A stretch of 59,899 bases of DNA, taken from assembly GCA_041658785.1 (NCBI GenBank), contig JBAZZL010000004.1, positions 1 through 59,899 on the forward strand, given 5' to 3'. A program made the position numbers and the translations under genes. Source of the stretch: Patescibacteria group bacterium (GTDB taxonomy: Bacteria > Patescibacteriota > Patescibacteriia > Magasanikbacterales > UBA922). Within the stretch, counting starts at the first letter, position 1, and every line of letters starts with the position of its first letter. Under the pieces are notes generated by a model. That model was given only the letters and a program-made list of their open reading frames with translations. It did not search any database and was not told the origin of the DNA. Of the stretch, positions 58,951 to 59,899 are shown piece by piece.

Positions 58951-59899
58951 TCAGCGTACTCCCACCAATTTCATTATTTCACTCATCGTCCTATCCGCAA
59001 TCGCTTGTGCTTTCTCTGCCCCTTTTTTCAAAACGTTGGCAATCTCCTCTTGATTGGCTAATAACTCTTTGCGTTTTTTTCTAAACTCGGTAAAATAACC
59101 GCTCACCGCTTTACTGACTGCCATTTTCAAATCGCTGTAACGGATTGAACCATCTTTTTCCGCCGCCGCAAAACGCTGATAAATATCTTCATCCCCAAAT
59201 TCATTCAACAGTACCAATAAATTCTCCGCCCCGGGCGCGCTCCCTCCGCCCGTGGTGGCGGTTACCGCCCTTTTCAATTTGTTTTCAACCGTCCCCGGCT
59301 CGTCCGCCAGTTCAATCACCTGTCCCTCGCCCAAACTTTTACTCATCTTTTTCTCCGGCGCGAGCAAACTCATTACCCGCGGTATTTTTGTCAGCAATGC
59401 TTTGGTTTCCGGAAAATAATCTCCGTAACGATTATTGAACCAGCGGGCGATGTCGCGCGTCAGTTCAACGTGCTGAACCTGGTCCTCGCCCACCGGCACG
59501 CGCGTGCCGTGGTAAAGCAAGATGTCGGCGGCTTGCAAAACCGGATAAGTAAAAAGACCGGCATTGATATTTTTTTTCTGTCTCACGGCCTTATCTTTGA
59601 ACTGCGTCATCCGCTCCAATTCGGCAATCGGCGTCACGCAATTAAAAATCCACCCCAGCTCGGTGTGCCCGGGAACATGCGACTGAACAAATAACGTTGT
59701 TTTCTCCGGATCAATTCCGGCGGCCAACAATTCCGCCGCGGTCTTGGTAATTTGTTCCCGCCGCGCCTCGGCCGTCATGTTTCCGGTCAGGGAATGGAGG
59801 TCAGCGATAAAAATATACATTTCATACTCGCCGGACGCCTGCAATTCCACCCAGTTTCGGACCGCGCCCAAATAGTTGCCGATATGCAGGGGGCCGGTG
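58951..59899 (-). CDS. trpS: tryptophan--tRNA ligase, N-terminus beyond the window end
   Basis: KMSKS loop (KMSKSLGEG). YPVLQAADILLY. The frame continues upstream as TGPLHIGNYLGAVRNW to base 59899. Confidence 0.9.
   Translation of the reverse strand, partial: TGPLHIGNYLGAVRNWVELQASGEYEMYIFIADLHSLTGNMTAEARREQITKTAAELLAAGIDPEKTTLFVQSHVPGHTELGWIFNCVTPIAELERMTQFKDKAVRQKKNINAGLFTYPVLQAADILLYHGTRVPVGEDQVQHVELTRDIARWFNNRYGDYFPETKALLTKIPRVMSLLAPEKKMSKSLGEGQVIELADEPGTVENKLKRAVTATTGGGSAPGAENLLVLLNEFGDEDIYQRFAAAEKDGSIRYSDLKMAVSKAVSGYFTEFRKKRKELLANQEEIANVLKKGAEKAQAIADRTMSEIMKLVGVR

Overview
Gene-dense, AT-leaning bacterial chromosome segment read with the standard genetic code (TGA acts as a stop, e.g. 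at the end of tgt). In order, the window holds:
- a partial tyrosine recombinase
- a glycolytic trio: gap, class I fba, pfk
- a minus-strand 23S-5S rRNA unit with no 16S next to it. It carries an 822-nt intervening sequence encoding a LAGLIDADG endonuclease and several hairpin expansions.
- tRNA-Leu(TAG) and tRNA-Pro(GGG)
- a MerR-HTH/GHKL-ATPase gene paired with a STAS-like gene
- ribE, pnp, a NYN-domain gene, rpsO and queA
- a 1415-aa M23-peptidase/lamin-tail/beta-helix surface protein
- M50 protease, rpmB, ndk, a four-helix-bundle protein, uvrD/pcrA, a C39-like peptidase, tgt, ruvC and yebC
- a ~14-kb de novo pyrimidine operon: carA, carB, two inserted genes, pyrB, pyrI, pyrC, an OTC-like gene, pyrD, pyrK, pyrE, pyrF
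- miaA, miaB, thrS, a pilB-type ATPase with membrane partners, and partial trpS

The unlinked, intron-bearing, expanded 23S, the giant surface protein and the pilus ATPase suggest a CPR/Patescibacteria-like organism. That assignment is inference only.

The most unusual content is heavy colonisation by small repeats, of five kinds:
1. Two related MITE-like foldback families sit at gene junctions of the pyr operon. One of them supplies the C-terminus and stop codon of pyrC.
2. AT-rich 7-14-nt word arrays and their inverted copies fill many spacers and even the 23S expansion segments.
3. The same words lie in frame inside conserved enzymes. A ~20-aa module (E-I/T-R-N-x-K-L...L-P/Q-V/I-T-N/S-Y-K-L/F) recurs in queA, carA and carB.
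4. Perfect GC-rich palindromes lie inside uvrD and carA.
5. miaA is bracketed by ~100-nt near-identical inverted repeats.

No CRISPR array, transposase or recognisable defence operon was seen.
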